This document shows, in pieces, positions 22,475 to 32,760 of a stretch of 64,000 nt of DNA. Positions within the stretch are counted from its first letter, which is position 1. Every line of letters starts with the position of its first letter. The notes beneath the pieces were generated by a model, which was given only the letters and a program-made list of their open reading frames with translations, was not told the DNA's origin and did no database searches. The position numbers and the translations under genes are program-made. The DNA comes from an uncultured delta proteobacterium (lineage in GTDB: Bacteria; Myxococcota; Myxococcia; Myxococcales; Anaeromyxobacteraceae). Location: assembly GCA_963766715.1 (NCBI GenBank), contig CAVYBH010000015.1, positions 224,001 through 288,000 of the forward strand, given 5' to 3'.

Positions 22475-24199
22475 TCAGTGGAACTCGCGCTGCGGGCCCG
22501 TCATCGCCGACGGCTTGTAGTGGCGGAGCATGAAGGCCAGGTTCTTGCCCAGCGCCTCGCGGAGGTCGGTGGGCATGACCAGCGAGGAGATGGAGCCGAG
22601 GGCGAGGCCCTCCTTCGGGTTCATCAGCTCCTTCTCGTAGCGCCGGTTCAGGGCGGCCTCCTGCTGCTTCAGCCACTCCAGCGCCTCCTTCTCGGCGTCC
22701 TTCTTGGCCTGCGCCCCGTCCATGCCGGCGGCGGTGCGGGCGGCGACGCCCTTCTTCACCATGTCGGCCGCGCCGGCGCGGATCTTCCGCAGCTCGTCCT
22801 TGTAGACGAACTCCTTGCCGGCCGGCCCCATCACGGCGAGGCGCGTGGTGGGCAGCGCCAGCACCAGGTCGGCGCCGGTGGGGTAGTTGTTGTAGGACGC
22901 GTAGGCGCCGCCGAAGGCGTTGCGCAGGATGAGCAGGATGCGGGGCGTGCGCACGTCGACGATGGCGTCGAGCATGGAGCGCCCGGCCTGCACGATGCCG
23001 CGCGCCTCCTGCTCCCGGCCCGGGAGGAAGCCGGTGGTGTCCTCCATGAAGATGATGGGGATGTTGTAGATGTTGCAGAAGCGGACGAACCTGGCGATCT
23101 TCACCGCGGAGTCGCAGTCGATCTGGCCGGAGGAGACGGCGCTGTTGTTGGCCACGAAGCCCACCACGTGGCCGCCCAGGCGACCGAAGGCGGTGACCGC
23201 CTCCTTGGCCCGCTCCGGCTGCAGCTCGTAGTAGTCGCCGTAGTCGCAGATCTGCTGGATGATGATCGACACGTCGAATGGGGTGTTGAAGCCCGTCGAC
23301 GAGTTGAAGGCCTTCTTGAGGAGCGTGTTGATCTCCCAGGTCTTCCGGTCGATCGGGTCGCTCGTCTCCTGGTACGGCGCCATCACCGAGTTGTTGTCGG
23401 GGATGTAGCCGAGCAGGCGCACCGCCTGGCGCAGCGCGGCCAGCTCGTCGGACACGGTCAGGTCGGCCACGCCGGAGTTGCCGTGCACCTTGGGGCCGCC
23501 CAGCTCCTCGGGGGTGATGTCCTCGCCCAGCACCGACTTCACCACGCCCGGGCCGGTGAGGCCGAAGAAGGTGTCGTTGGGCTGGATGACGAAGCTGCCC
23601 TGGCGCGGCAGGTAGGAGCCGCCGCCGGCGTTGAAGCCGAACATGCACATGATGGTGGGCACCACGCCGCTGATCTTGCGCAGCGCCGTGAAGGCCTCGG
23701 CGTAGCCGTCGAGGCCGCCGACGCCGGCCGGCACGAAGGCGCCGGCCGAGTCGTTCATGCCGATGAGGGGGATGCCGCGCTCGCCCGCCAGCCGGAAGTG
23801 CTTGGCCAGCTTGCTGCCGTTGGTGGCGTCCATCGAGCCGGCACGCACCGTGAAGTCGTGGCCGTAGACCGCCACGTCGCGCCCGTTGATGTTCAGCACC
23901 GCGGTGACGAGCGAGGCGCCGTCGAGGTTCTTGCCCCAGTTCTGGAAGAGGACGATGGGCTCCTTGTCGGAGAGCACGCGCATGCGCTCCCACACCGTCA
24001 TCCGCTTCTTGGCGTGCTGCTTCTCGATCTGATCGATGGCGACGGAGCGGATCGGGCGCTGGATGAGGTCCCAGCCCTCCTTCATGGCCTCCTCGTAGGG
24101 GCCGGTCGCGCGCGCGATCTCTCCGGGGATGTTGAACTCGACCTTCTCGGGCGGATCGAGCGGATTGTTCAGGGTCGGCTTGATGGGTCGCTTGGACAT
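22475..24199 (-). CDS. acyl-CoA carboxylase carboxyltransferase subunit
   Basis: [54 protein letters not shown]. Confidence 0.9.
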   Translation of the reverse strand: MSKRPIKPTLNNPLDPPEKVEFNIPGEIARATGPYEEAMKEGWDLIQRPIRSVAIDQIEKQHAKKRMTVWERMRVLSDKEPIVLFQNWGKNLDGASLVTAVLNINGRDVAVYGHDFTVRAGSMDATNGSKLAKHFRLAGERGIPLIGMNDSAGAFVPAGVGGLDGYAEAFTALRKISGVVPTIMCMFGFNAGGGSYLPRQGSFVIQPNDTFFGLTGPGVVKSVLGEDITPEELGGPKVHGNSGVADLTVSDELAALRQAVRLLGYIPDNNSVMAPYQETSDPIDRKTWEINTLLKKAFNSSTGFNTPFDVSIIIQQICDYGDYYELQPERAKEAVTAFGRLGGHVVGFVANNSAVSSGQIDCDSAVKIARFVRFCNIYNIPIIFMEDTTGFLPGREQEARGIVQAGRSMLDAIVDVRTPRILLILRNAFGGAYASYNNYPTGADLVLALPTTRLAVMGPAGKEFVYKDELRKIRAGAADMVKKGVAARTAAGMDGAQAKKDAEKEALEWLKQQEAALNRRYEKELMNPKEGLALGSISSLVMPTDLREALGKNLAFMLRHYKPSAMTGPQREFH

Positions 24200-24390
24200 G
24201 GGGACTCGGAACCTCCGACCGCGGGAAGCGCAAGGGGTGCGAAAAAGGAAGCGGATTGTGGCAAGCCCGGGGCGGGGCGGCAAGGGCTTCGGTGCGGAAT
24301 GGGGGAGCGGGATAACGCGCTGCGCCGTGATTTCGGGTGGTCCCGCTCCTTAGGATGCTCCCTCCACGAATTCCATCGGGTAGGGGGCGC

Positions 24391-25194
24391 ATGCCGGGAT
24401 CGCCGGTCGGCGAGGGCCAGAGCCGGGACATCCTGTCGGTCGAAGGGCTCTCGCTCTCGTTCGGGGGGCTCGCCGCGCTCACGCTCGTCGACCTCTCGGT
24501 GCGGGAGGGCTCGATCACCGGGATCATCGGCCCCAACGGCGCAGGCAAGACCAGCCTGCTCAACTGCATCTCGGGCTTCTACCACCCGCAGAAGGGGCGC
24601 GTTTCCTTCGACGGCGCCGACGTGACGCGCGTGGCGCCCGACCGGCGCGCCGCCCTGGGCATCGGCCGGACCTTCCAGAACGTGGCGCTGTTCGAGGGCA
24701 TGACCGTCCTCGACAACGTGAAGCTCGGGGCCCACGCCCGGCTCCGCTCCGGCATCGTCTCCACCATGCTGATGAGCCCGGCCGCCCGGCGCGAGGAGCT
24801 GGCGCTCCGCGAGCAGGTGGAGCACGAGGTCTTCGAGTTCCTGGAGATCGAGCACCTGCGCCACCGCACGGTGGGGAGCCTGGCCTACGGCCTGCAGAAG
24901 CGGGTGGACCTGGCCCGGGCGCTCGCCATGCGGCCGCGCCTCCTGCTCCTCGACGAGCCGGTGGCCGGCATGAACGAGGAGGAGACCGAGGACATGGCGC
25001 GCTTCATCCTGGACGTCCAGGAGGAGCGGGGCGTCACCATCGTGCTCATCGAGCACGACATGGGCGTGGTGATGGACCTGTGCGATCGCATCGCCGTGCT
25101 CTCCTTCGGCGAGCGCATCGCCGCGGGAACGCCCGGCGAGATCCGGCGCGACCCCGAGGTGATCCGCGCCTACCTGGGGGAGGAGGCCGCTTGA
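24391..25194 (+). CDS. Liv-type ABC transporter ATP-binding protein (LivG-like)
   Basis: GPNGAGKT, RTFQN, LLLDEP, IEHDM, VIRAYLG. Confidence 0.9.
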   Translation: MPGSPVGEGQSRDILSVEGLSLSFGGLAALTLVDLSVREGSITGIIGPNGAGKTSLLNCISGFYHPQKGRVSFDGADVTRVAPDRRAALGIGRTFQNVALFEGMTVLDNVKLGAHARLRSGIVSTMLMSPAARREELALREQVEHEVFEFLEIEHLRHRTVGSLAYGLQKRVDLARALAMRPRLLLLDEPVAGMNEEETEDMARFILDVQEERGVTIVLIEHDMGVVMDLCDRIAVLSFGERIAAGTPGEIRRDPEVIRAYLGEEAA

Positions 25195-26090
25195 GCGAGG
25201 GGCTCGTCCACCTGGTGCAGCTGCTCGTCTCCGGGGTGGTCACCGGGGGCATCTACGCGCTCGTCGCCATGGGCTTCGTGGTGGTCTACAAGGCCACCCG
25301 GGTCATCAACTTCGCCACCGGCGAGTTCATGATGCTGGGCGCCTTCTTCGCCTGGACCGCGATGAGCGCGATGCACGCGCCCTTCGTGGTCGCGCTCCTC
25401 GCCGCGGTGGCGGCCTCGGCGATGCTCGGCATGGCCACCGAGAGGCTGGTGCTCCGGCCGCTGCTCGGCCAGCGCACCATCTCGATCATCATGGTGACCA
25501 TCGGGCTGGCGGCCATCTTCAAGGGGCTGGCCCAGATCGCCTGGTCCGGCGACTACCGCTCCTACCCGGCCATCTTCCCGCGGGCCCCCATCGAGCTCGG
25601 GCCCATCCTGATTCCCTCGCGCCAGTTCTACCCGTTCCTCATCGCGGTGGGCGCCATCGCCCTGGTGGGGCTGGGCTTCCGCTTCACGCGGACCGGGGTG
25701 GCCATGCGCGCCACCGCCGACGACCAGATGGCCGCCTTCGGGATGGGCATCGACATCCGGCGCATCTTCTCGCTCTCCTGGAGCCTGGCCGCCATGACCG
25801 CGGCGGTGGCCGGCATCGTGGTCGGGATCATCGGCGGGATCAGCCCGCAGCTGGGGGCCATCGGGCTGCGCACCTTCCCGGTGGTCATCCTGGGCGGGCT
25901 CGACAGCATCGGCGGCGCGCTGGTGGGCGGCGTGATCATCGGGGTGCTCGAGAACCTGGCGGGCGGCTACGTCGATCCGCTGCTCGACGGCGCCTCGCTG
26001 AAGGAGGTCCTGCCCTTCGTGGTGCTGGTCCTCACGCTCATGGTGCGCCCCTACGGCCTCTTCGGCACGCGGGAGGTGGAGCGGCTCTGA
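25191..26090 (+). CDS. Liv-type ABC permease (LivH-like)
   Basis: GGIYALVAMGFVVVYKATRVINFATGE, TRTGVAMRA, ILGGLDS, RPYGLFG. Confidence 0.9.
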   Translation: MSEGLVHLVQLLVSGVVTGGIYALVAMGFVVVYKATRVINFATGEFMMLGAFFAWTAMSAMHAPFVVALLAAVAASAMLGMATERLVLRPLLGQRTISIIMVTIGLAAIFKGLAQIAWSGDYRSYPAIFPRAPIELGPILIPSRQFYPFLIAVGAIALVGLGFRFTRTGVAMRATADDQMAAFGMGIDIRRIFSLSWSLAAMTAAVAGIVVGIIGGISPQLGAIGLRTFPVVILGGLDSIGGALVGGVIIGVLENLAGGYVDPLLDGASLKEVLPFVVLVLTLMVRPYGLFGTREVERL

Positions 26091-26105
26091 CCGCCCCGGA
26101 TCCCC

Positions 26106-27150
26106 GTGCTCATCGGCAACTACAAGGAGACCTACGCCTCGGACGAGGAGCTCTTCCGGACGCCGGCCACCCGCGCCTGGATGGGGGTGGCGGCGGTCGC
26201 GGCGGTCCTGTTCCCCTTCGTCGCCGGCGACTACCTGCTGTACCTGGCCAACCTCATGGCGGTGCTGGCGCTCTCCGCCATGGGGCTCAACATCCTCATC
26301 GGCTTCACCGGGCAGATCTCGCTGGGCCACGCCGCCTTCATGGGGGTGGGCGCCTACGCGACCGCCATCCTGGCCTCCCGCTTCGGCCTCCCCTTCTGGA
26401 TCTCCATCCCGGCCGGAGGCGCGGTGGCCACCGCCGCCGGCGTCGTGGTGGGGGCGCCGTCGCTCCGCATCAAGGGGCTCTACCTGGCCATCGCCACGCT
26501 CTCGGCCCAGGTGATCCTCGAGTGGGTCTTCAACAACTGGACGTCGGTGACCGGGGGCATCCGGGGACTGAACGTGGCGCCCGCGTCGATCGCCGGGTTC
26601 CGGCTCGACACCGACGAGCGGATGTACTTCCTCATCCTCGGGGCGACGGTCGTCGCACTTCCTGCTCGCCTCGAACCTGCGCCGCACCCGCTGGGGGCGG
26701 GCCTTCGTGGCGGTGCGCGACCGGGACGTGGCGGCCGAGATCGTGGGCGTGAACCTCTTCCGCACCAAGATCCTGGCCTTCATGGTCTCGTCCTACTACG
26801 CCGGGATCGCCGGCGGCCTGTGGGTCTACTTCACCAAGGTGGTGACGCCGGAGAACTTCCAGCTCTCCCTCTCCATCCAGTTCCTGGCCATCGTCATCGT
26901 GGGCGGCCTCGGCTCGGTCAAGGGCACGGTCTACGGCACGATCTTCATGACGCTCGTGCCCGAGCTGCTCAAGGCCGGGACCGGCGTGGCCCGCACCTAC
27001 TGGCCCGACGCGCAGTCGTACCTCTTCCCGCTGCGCGACGTGGTCTTCGGGCTGCTCATCGTCGTCTTCCTGATCTTCGAGCCCCACGGGCTCGCCGAGA
27101 TCTGGAACCGCATCAAGCGCTTCTTCTCGCTGTGGCCGTTCGAGAAGTGA
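26106..27150 (+). CDS. Liv-type ABC permease (LivM-like), frameshift near 26660
   Basis: GLNILIGFTGQISLGHAAFMG, LYLAIATL, AVRDRDVAAEIVGVN, VGGLGS. Confidence 0.88.
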
Positions 27151-27169
27151 CACGAAGGAGGAAACCCGC

Positions 27170-28348
27170 ATGAAGCAAACGATCCGCCGTCTCGCCCTGG
27201 TCGTCGCCGTCTCCCTGGGACTCTCCCCCGCCGCCCGCGCCGCCGACGACGTGGTCACCGTCGGCGCCTGCCAGCCCATCACCGGCCGCTTCGCCTTCGC
27301 CGGCGTGGCCATCAACGCCGGCCTGCAGGACTACCTGAACTTCGCCAACGAGAAGGGGCTGGTGAAGGGCAAGAAGTTCAACTACGTGTACGAGGACTCC
27401 GGGTACGACACCGACCGCGCCGTGGCCTGCTTCAAGCAGATCATGGCCAAGCACAACCCGGTCATCATGTACGGCGAGTCCACCGGGCTCGGGAAGGCCA
27501 TCGCCCCCGAGCTGACCTCCCGCTACAAGGTGCTCTACGCCTCGGCCTCGTTCTCCAGCGAGCTCGCCGATCCCAAGACCCACCCCTACTCCTTCATCTC
27601 CGGGCCCACCTACTCGGACATGTTCGGCGTGCTGCTCGACTACATCGCCCGCAACAAGGGGGCGGCGAAGCCCAAGGTGGCCTTCTTCTACAGCGACACC
27701 GAGTTCGGCAAGGACCCCATCCCCTACGCGAGGAAGCGGGCCGCCGAGCTGGGGATCGACGTGGTCAGCGAGATCGTCACCAAGGCGGGCGCCGTCGACG
27801 TGACGAGCGAGGTGCTCCAGCTCAAGAAGACCAACCCCGACTACGTCATCTTCCAGGGCTACATCCTCTCGCCCATCATCGAGGTCATCCGCGCCACCAA
27901 GGACTTCGGCCTCAAGACCAAGTTCATGGGCACCTTCTGGTCGATGGACAAGGGCATCATCGACAAGCTCGGGCCGGACGCCGACGGCTACATGGGCGTG
28001 AACGCCTTCGCCTACTACTACGAGGACTCGGCGCCGGGCATCGCCGCCATGCGGGCGTACAACCAGAAGGCCCACCCGGACGTGAAGTACCAGCCCAACT
28101 CCTACATCCAGGGCTGGTTCACCGGCATGGTCTACGTGGAGGCGGTGAAGCGCGTGGTGGCGGCCGGCAAGCCGGTCACCGGGGAGAACCTGGCCGCCGT
28201 CCTCGACACCATCAAGGACTGGGACACCGGCGGGGTCACCGGCAAGGTCACCTTCGTGAACCACAAGGCCGGCGTGGGGCGCGTCTACAGGGCCAACGCG
28301 CAGAAGGGCATCTTCGAGCCGGCCTCCGACTGGATCTACACGAAGTGA
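27170..28348 (+). CDS. Liv-type periplasmic substrate-binding protein
   Basis: Signal peptide; PITGRFA, EDSGYD, DTEFG, NPDYVI; position in the operon. Confidence 0.88.
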   Translation: MKQTIRRLALVVAVSLGLSPAARAADDVVTVGACQPITGRFAFAGVAINAGLQDYLNFANEKGLVKGKKFNYVYEDSGYDTDRAVACFKQIMAKHNPVIMYGESTGLGKAIAPELTSRYKVLYASASFSSELADPKTHPYSFISGPTYSDMFGVLLDYIARNKGAAKPKVAFFYSDTEFGKDPIPYARKRAAELGIDVVSEIVTKAGAVDVTSEVLQLKKTNPDYVIFQGYILSPIIEVIRATKDFGLKTKFMGTFWSMDKGIIDKLGPDADGYMGVNAFAYYYEDSAPGIAAMRAYNQKAHPDVKYQPNSYIQGWFTGMVYVEAVKRVVAAGKPVTGENLAAVLDTIKDWDTGGVTGKVTFVNHKAGVGRVYRANAQKGIFEPASDWIYTK

Positions 28349-29148
28349 ACCCGCCGCTCCTCCACGTCAACAACCTGGAGGTGGTCTACCACCACACCAT
28401 CCAGGTGCTGAAGGGGCTCTCCCTCTCCGTGCCCGAGGGCGCCATCGTGGCGCTCCTCGGGTCGAACGGGGCCGGGAAGACCACCACCCTGAAGGCCATC
28501 TCCGGTCTCCTTCCCCTCGAGGACGGGGAGATCGTCGACGGGGAGATCGCCTTCCGTGGAGCCTCCATCGCCGGGAAGCTGCCCCATCGCATCGCGCAGG
28601 AGGGGCTCTTCCAGGTGATGGAGGGGCGGCGCATCTTCGAGCACCTCACGGTGGAGGAGAACCTGGAGGCCGCCACCTACGCGCGCCGCGGAGGCGTCGA
28701 CCTGGGCGAGGCGCTCCGGAAGGTCTTCGCCTACTTCCCGCGCCTGCGGGAGCGGCGCAAGCAGCTGGGCGGCTACCTCTCGGGCGGGGAGCAGCAGATG
28801 CTCGCCATCGGCCGGGCGCTGGTGGCGGGGCCGTCGCTCCTGCTCCTCGACGAGCCGTCGCTGGGGCTCTCCCCGCTGCTCGTGCAGGAGATCTTCCACA
28901 TCGTCGAGGCCATCAACCGGGACGAGAAGGTCTCCATCCTGCTGGTCGAGCAGAACGCCCGCATGGCGCTGGGGATCGCGACCCACGCCTACATCATGGA
29001 GAACGGCAAGGTGGTCCTCGACGGCCCGGCCGAGAAGCTGCGCGAGGACCGCGACGTGCAGGAGTTCTACCTGGGCAGCCGGGGCGGCGAGCAGGCCAGC
29101 TACCGGGACGTGAAGCACTACCGGAGGAGGAAGCGTTGGCTCTCCTGA
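28345..29148 (+). CDS. Liv-type ABC ATP-binding protein (LivF-like)
   Basis: GSNGAGKT, LSGGEQQMLAIGRAL, LDEPSLGLSP, VEQNA. Confidence 0.9.
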   Translation: MNPPLLHVNNLEVVYHHTIQVLKGLSLSVPEGAIVALLGSNGAGKTTTLKAISGLLPLEDGEIVDGEIAFRGASIAGKLPHRIAQEGLFQVMEGRRIFEHLTVEENLEAATYARRGGVDLGEALRKVFAYFPRLRERRKQLGGYLSGGEQQMLAIGRALVAGPSLLLLDEPSLGLSPLLVQEIFHIVEAINRDEKVSILLVEQNARMALGIATHAYIMENGKVVLDGPAEKLREDRDVQEFYLGSRGGEQASYRDVKHYRRRKRWLS

Positions 29149-30944
29149 CCTCCGACACGCTGCCGAAGCTCCTGGTCGAGCGGGCCGGGCTGGCGCCTGG
29201 CGAGGTCGCGCTGCGCGAGAAGCAGTTCGGCATCTGGCAGCGGGTGACCTGGGCCGGCTACCTGGACCACGTGCGGCGGGCCTGCATGGGCCTCGCCTCC
29301 CTGGGGCTCGGGCGCGGGGACAAGGTGGCCATCCTCTCCGAGAACCGCCGGGAGTGGCTCTACGCGGAGCTGGCGGCCATGTCGGCCGGCGCGGTGGGCG
29401 TGGGCGTCTACCCGACCAGCCCGTCGAACGAGGTGCAGTACGTGGTCGAGCACTCCGGGGCCACCATCGTGGTCGCGGAGGATCAGGAGCAGGTCGACAA
29501 GATCCTGGAGGTCGGCGACCGGTTGCCGGCGGTCCGGCACATCGTGGTCCCGGAGACGAAGGGGCTGCGCAGCTACCGCGACCCGCGGCTCGTCACCTGG
29601 GAGGAGCTCGAGGCCCGCGGCGAGGCGTACGCGGCCGGGCACCCCGGCCTCTTCGACGAGCTGGTGGCGGCCACCCGGCCCGACGACGTGGCCTTCCTCA
29701 TCTACACCTCGGGCACGACCGGCTTCCCCAAGGGCGCGATGATCACCCACCGGAACGTGCTGGCCCAGGCCCGCGCCGCCGCCGCGGCCACCGGGATCGA
29801 CGGCCGCGACTCGGTGGTGTCCTACCTGCCGCTCTGCCACGTGGCCGAGCAGATCTTCTCGGTCTACCTCCCGCTCCAGCTGGGCATGACGGTCAGCTTC
29901 GCGGAGAGCATCCGGACCATCCAGGAGGACCTGCGCGAGATCGCGCCCAGCGTGTTCCTGGGGGTGCCGCGCATCTGGGAGAAGCTGCAGGCCACCATCC
30001 TGGTGAAGATCCAGGAGACCGGGCGGCTGCGCCGCTGGCTGTTCGAGGGCGCCCTCTCCCGCGGGCGCCGCCTCACGGCGCGGCGGCTGGCCGGCGAGCC
30101 GGTGGGTCCGCTCGACCGGGTCGCCTCCGCCCTCGATTACGTGCTGGTGCGCCGCGCGCTGCAGAACTTCGTCGGGCTGCGGCGCGCCCGCGCCACCTTC
30201 TCGGCGGCCGCCGCCATCTCCCCCGAGGTGCTGCTCTTCTTCCACGCCATGGGCATCCCGGTCCGGGAGGGCTACGGGATGACCGAGTGCACCGGGTTCT
30301 CCTTCGTGCAGCGCGAGGGCGCCATCCGGCTGGGCACGGTGGGGGACCCCATCCCCGGCCTCGAGTTCCGGCTGGCCGAGGACGGCGAGCTCCTGAAGCG
30401 CGGCGAGACCATCTTCGCCGGGTACTTCCGGGACGAGCGGGCCACCGCCGAGGTGCTGGAGGGCGGCTGGCTCCACACCGGCGACGTGGCCGCCCAGGAC
30501 CCCGACGGCCAGCTCCGCATCGTCGACCGCAAGAAGGCCATCTTCGTCACCTCGGGCGGAAAGAACGTCTCCCCGTCCCTCATCGAGAACGCCCTCAAGG
30601 TCTCCCCGTACGTCAAGGAGGCGGTGGTGCTCGGGGAGGGCGAGAAGTTCGTCTCGGCGCTCCTCCAGATCGACTTCGAGAACGTGGGGCAGTGGGCCAC
30701 CGAGCGGCGGCTGGCCTACACCAACTTCCGGAGCTTGACGGCCCTGCCGGAGGTAATGGATCTGGTGACCCGCGAGGTGGAGAGGGCCAACGCCGGCCTG
30801 GCGCCGGTGGAGCAGGTCCGCAAGTTCCGCCTCCTCGAGAAAGAGCTGGACCACGACGACAACGAGGTCACCGCCACCATGAAGGTCCGCCGCAAGACCA
30901 TCTACGAGAAGTTCGCCCCGCTGATCCGGGAGATCTACCGGTGA
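29136..30944 (+). CDS. long-chain fatty acid-CoA ligase (AMP-dependent)
   Basis: IYTSGTTGFPKGAM, YLPLCH, VPRIWEK, EGYGMTE, WLHTGD, DRKK, GGKNVSP. Confidence 0.9.
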   Translation: MALLTSDTLPKLLVERAGLAPGEVALREKQFGIWQRVTWAGYLDHVRRACMGLASLGLGRGDKVAILSENRREWLYAELAAMSAGAVGVGVYPTSPSNEVQYVVEHSGATIVVAEDQEQVDKILEVGDRLPAVRHIVVPETKGLRSYRDPRLVTWEELEARGEAYAAGHPGLFDELVAATRPDDVAFLIYTSGTTGFPKGAMITHRNVLAQARAAAAATGIDGRDSVVSYLPLCHVAEQIFSVYLPLQLGMTVSFAESIRTIQEDLREIAPSVFLGVPRIWEKLQATILVKIQETGRLRRWLFEGALSRGRRLTARRLAGEPVGPLDRVASALDYVLVRRALQNFVGLRRARATFSAAAAISPEVLLFFHAMGIPVREGYGMTECTGFSFVQREGAIRLGTVGDPIPGLEFRLAEDGELLKRGETIFAGYFRDERATAEVLEGGWLHTGDVAAQDPDGQLRIVDRKKAIFVTSGGKNVSPSLIENALKVSPYVKEAVVLGEGEKFVSALLQIDFENVGQWATERRLAYTNFRSLTALPEVMDLVTREVERANAGLAPVEQVRKFRLLEKELDHDDNEVTATMKVRRKTIYEKFAPLIREIYR

Positions 30945-32098
30945 CCCGCGGCGCCCACGCGAAGGGGACGCACGCGGCCATCGTCGGCTGGGGGAAGTGC
31001 CTGCCCCCTGCCGTGCTCTCGAACGGGGACCTGGCCACCTTCCTCGACACCGACGACGAGTGGATCGCCTCGCGCACCGGCATGCGGGAGCGACGCATCT
31101 CCCACGTCCCGCTCGGCGAGCTGATCCACGTGGCCGCGGCGCGCGCGCTGGCCTGCGCCGGGCTGGGCGCGGACGCGCTCGACCTCATCATCGTGGGGAG
31201 CACGCTGGGCGACGAGCTGGCGCCCAACGTCGCCTCGGGCACGCAGAAGCGGCTCGGCGCGAAGAACGCGGCCGCCATGGACGTGAACACCGCGTGCACG
31301 AGCTTCCTCTACGGCCTCTCCACCGCCACCGCCCTCATCCGCACCGGCGTCGTCCGCACCGCGCTGGTGGTGGGCGCCGAGGCGCCGACCCCCTTCATGG
31401 ACTGGGACAACCGGAACGTGGCCGTGCTCTTCGGCGACGGGTGCGGCGCCGTCGTGCTGCAGGCCACCGACCGGGAGGAAGGGCTCCTGGCCGAGCGGCT
31501 CGGCTGCTTCGGCGACAACCGGGACATCCTCGACATCCGCGGCGTGGGCGCCCGGTACGCCAACCAGGGCATTCCCCACGGCTACACCTCCTGGAACTTC
31601 GACGGCCAGGAGATCTTCAAGCGCGCCGTGCTGGGCATGACCCAGGCCAGCGTGGAGGCGCTCGCCCGGCGGGGACTCACCATCGGGGACGTCGACCTCA
31701 TGGTCCCGCACCAGGCCAACCAGCGGATCATCGACGCCGTCGGCAAGCGCGTCGGCATCGATCCGGCGAAGGTCTTCGTGAACGTGCAGCGCTACGGGAA
31801 CATGTCGGCCGCCACCGTGCCGGTGGCGCTCGTCGAGGCCCTCGAGGAGGGGCGCGTCCGTCCGGGCGCCACCCTGCTCCTGCCGGCCTTCGGCGCCGGC
31901 CTCTCCTGGTGCGCCCACGTGGTGCGCTGGGGCGAGCGGGTCACCGCGCTCGGGACGAGCGACGTGGCGCTGCCCCCTTGCGACCGGACCGGCCTCGAGC
32001 TCGTGAACGACCTGCGCGCGCGGCGGGCCATCTACCACCAGGCGGCGGCGCCCTTCATCGAGGCGGCGCGCCACCTCCTCGACGAGCCGTCGGCGTAG
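30941..32098 (+). CDS. fabH: 3-oxoacyl-ACP synthase III
   Basis: DTDDEWIASRTG, TACTSF (Cys), LFGDG, VPHQAN (His), YGNMSAA (Asn), AFGAGL. Confidence 0.9.
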   Translation: MTRGAHAKGTHAAIVGWGKCLPPAVLSNGDLATFLDTDDEWIASRTGMRERRISHVPLGELIHVAAARALACAGLGADALDLIIVGSTLGDELAPNVASGTQKRLGAKNAAAMDVNTACTSFLYGLSTATALIRTGVVRTALVVGAEAPTPFMDWDNRNVAVLFGDGCGAVVLQATDREEGLLAERLGCFGDNRDILDIRGVGARYANQGIPHGYTSWNFDGQEIFKRAVLGMTQASVEALARRGLTIGDVDLMVPHQANQRIIDAVGKRVGIDPAKVFVNVQRYGNMSAATVPVALVEALEEGRVRPGATLLLPAFGAGLSWCAHVVRWGERVTALGTSDVALPPCDRTGLELVNDLRARRAIYHQAAAPFIEAARHLLDEPSA

Positions 32099-32702
32099 GG
32101 CCCTGGCCCTTTCGGGCCAGGCCGCGCTCCCGCCGGCGGGCGAGCAGCACCCAGATCGCGGCGCCCGCCGTGACGGCGACCGCCAGCGCCAGCTCGACCC
32201 AGTGCAGGTCCCGCTTCAGCTGCTCGACGTGGCCGGCGAAGTACCAGCCCAGCCCCACCACCAGCGGCACCGACGCGAGCGCCGAGAGGCCGTCGGCCAG
32301 CAGGAAGGTCGCGCTCCGCACGCCCGAGGCCCCGGCCAGCGCGAAGACCGGCAGGCGCAGCCCCGAGGCGTGGCGGGCGGCCACGATGGTGAGCAGCGCG
32401 TGGCGCGCGAAGTGGCGCTCGATGAAGGCCCGGCGCCCGGGGGTGAGGACGCGGGCCACGTGGCGCGACTCGAGGAACCGGGGACCGTGCCGGCGGCCGA
32501 GCCGGAAGAGCAGGTAGTCCCCGGCGACGATGCCGACCCAGGCCACGGCGGCGGCGGGGACGAGGGAGAGGATGCCGCGCCGCGCCAGGTATCCGGCCGT
32601 CAGCTGGACGAGCTCCTCGGGCACCGGCACCCCGAGCCCGCCGGCCACCAGCAGGCCGAGGATGGCCGCATACGTGAAATGGGCGAGGAGGTCCTGGACC
32701 AT
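32055..32702 (-). CDS. DedA family membrane protein
   Basis: GLGVPVPEEL, AGDYLLFRLGR, ARHASGLR...AG. Confidence 0.85.
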   Translation of the reverse strand: MVQDLLAHFTYAAILGLLVAGGLGVPVPEELVQLTAGYLARRGILSLVPAAAVAWVGIVAGDYLLFRLGRRHGPRFLESRHVARVLTPGRRAFIERHFARHALLTIVAARHASGLRLPVFALAGASGVRSATFLLADGLSALASVPLVVGLGWYFAGHVEQLKRDLHWVELALAVAVTAGAAIWVLLARRRERGLARKGQGPTPTARRGGGAPPR

Positions 32703-32760
32703 GGAGGAGCCTTCCGGCGAGCCTCGCTTGACGGCTCCCGGAACGCTATCATGCCGAGCC

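Noticed and set aside
26640..26710. Programmed frameshifting as the cause of split genes (for example livM-like, msrQ, iorB-like)
   Set aside because: No consistent slippery sequences, and the breaks fall in ordinary conserved enzymes; sequencing error is more parsimonious.
32728..32752. TTGACG...TATCAT sigma70 promoter before the aminotransferase
   Set aside because: The spacer is only 13 nt; the -10 may be real but the pair is not supportable.
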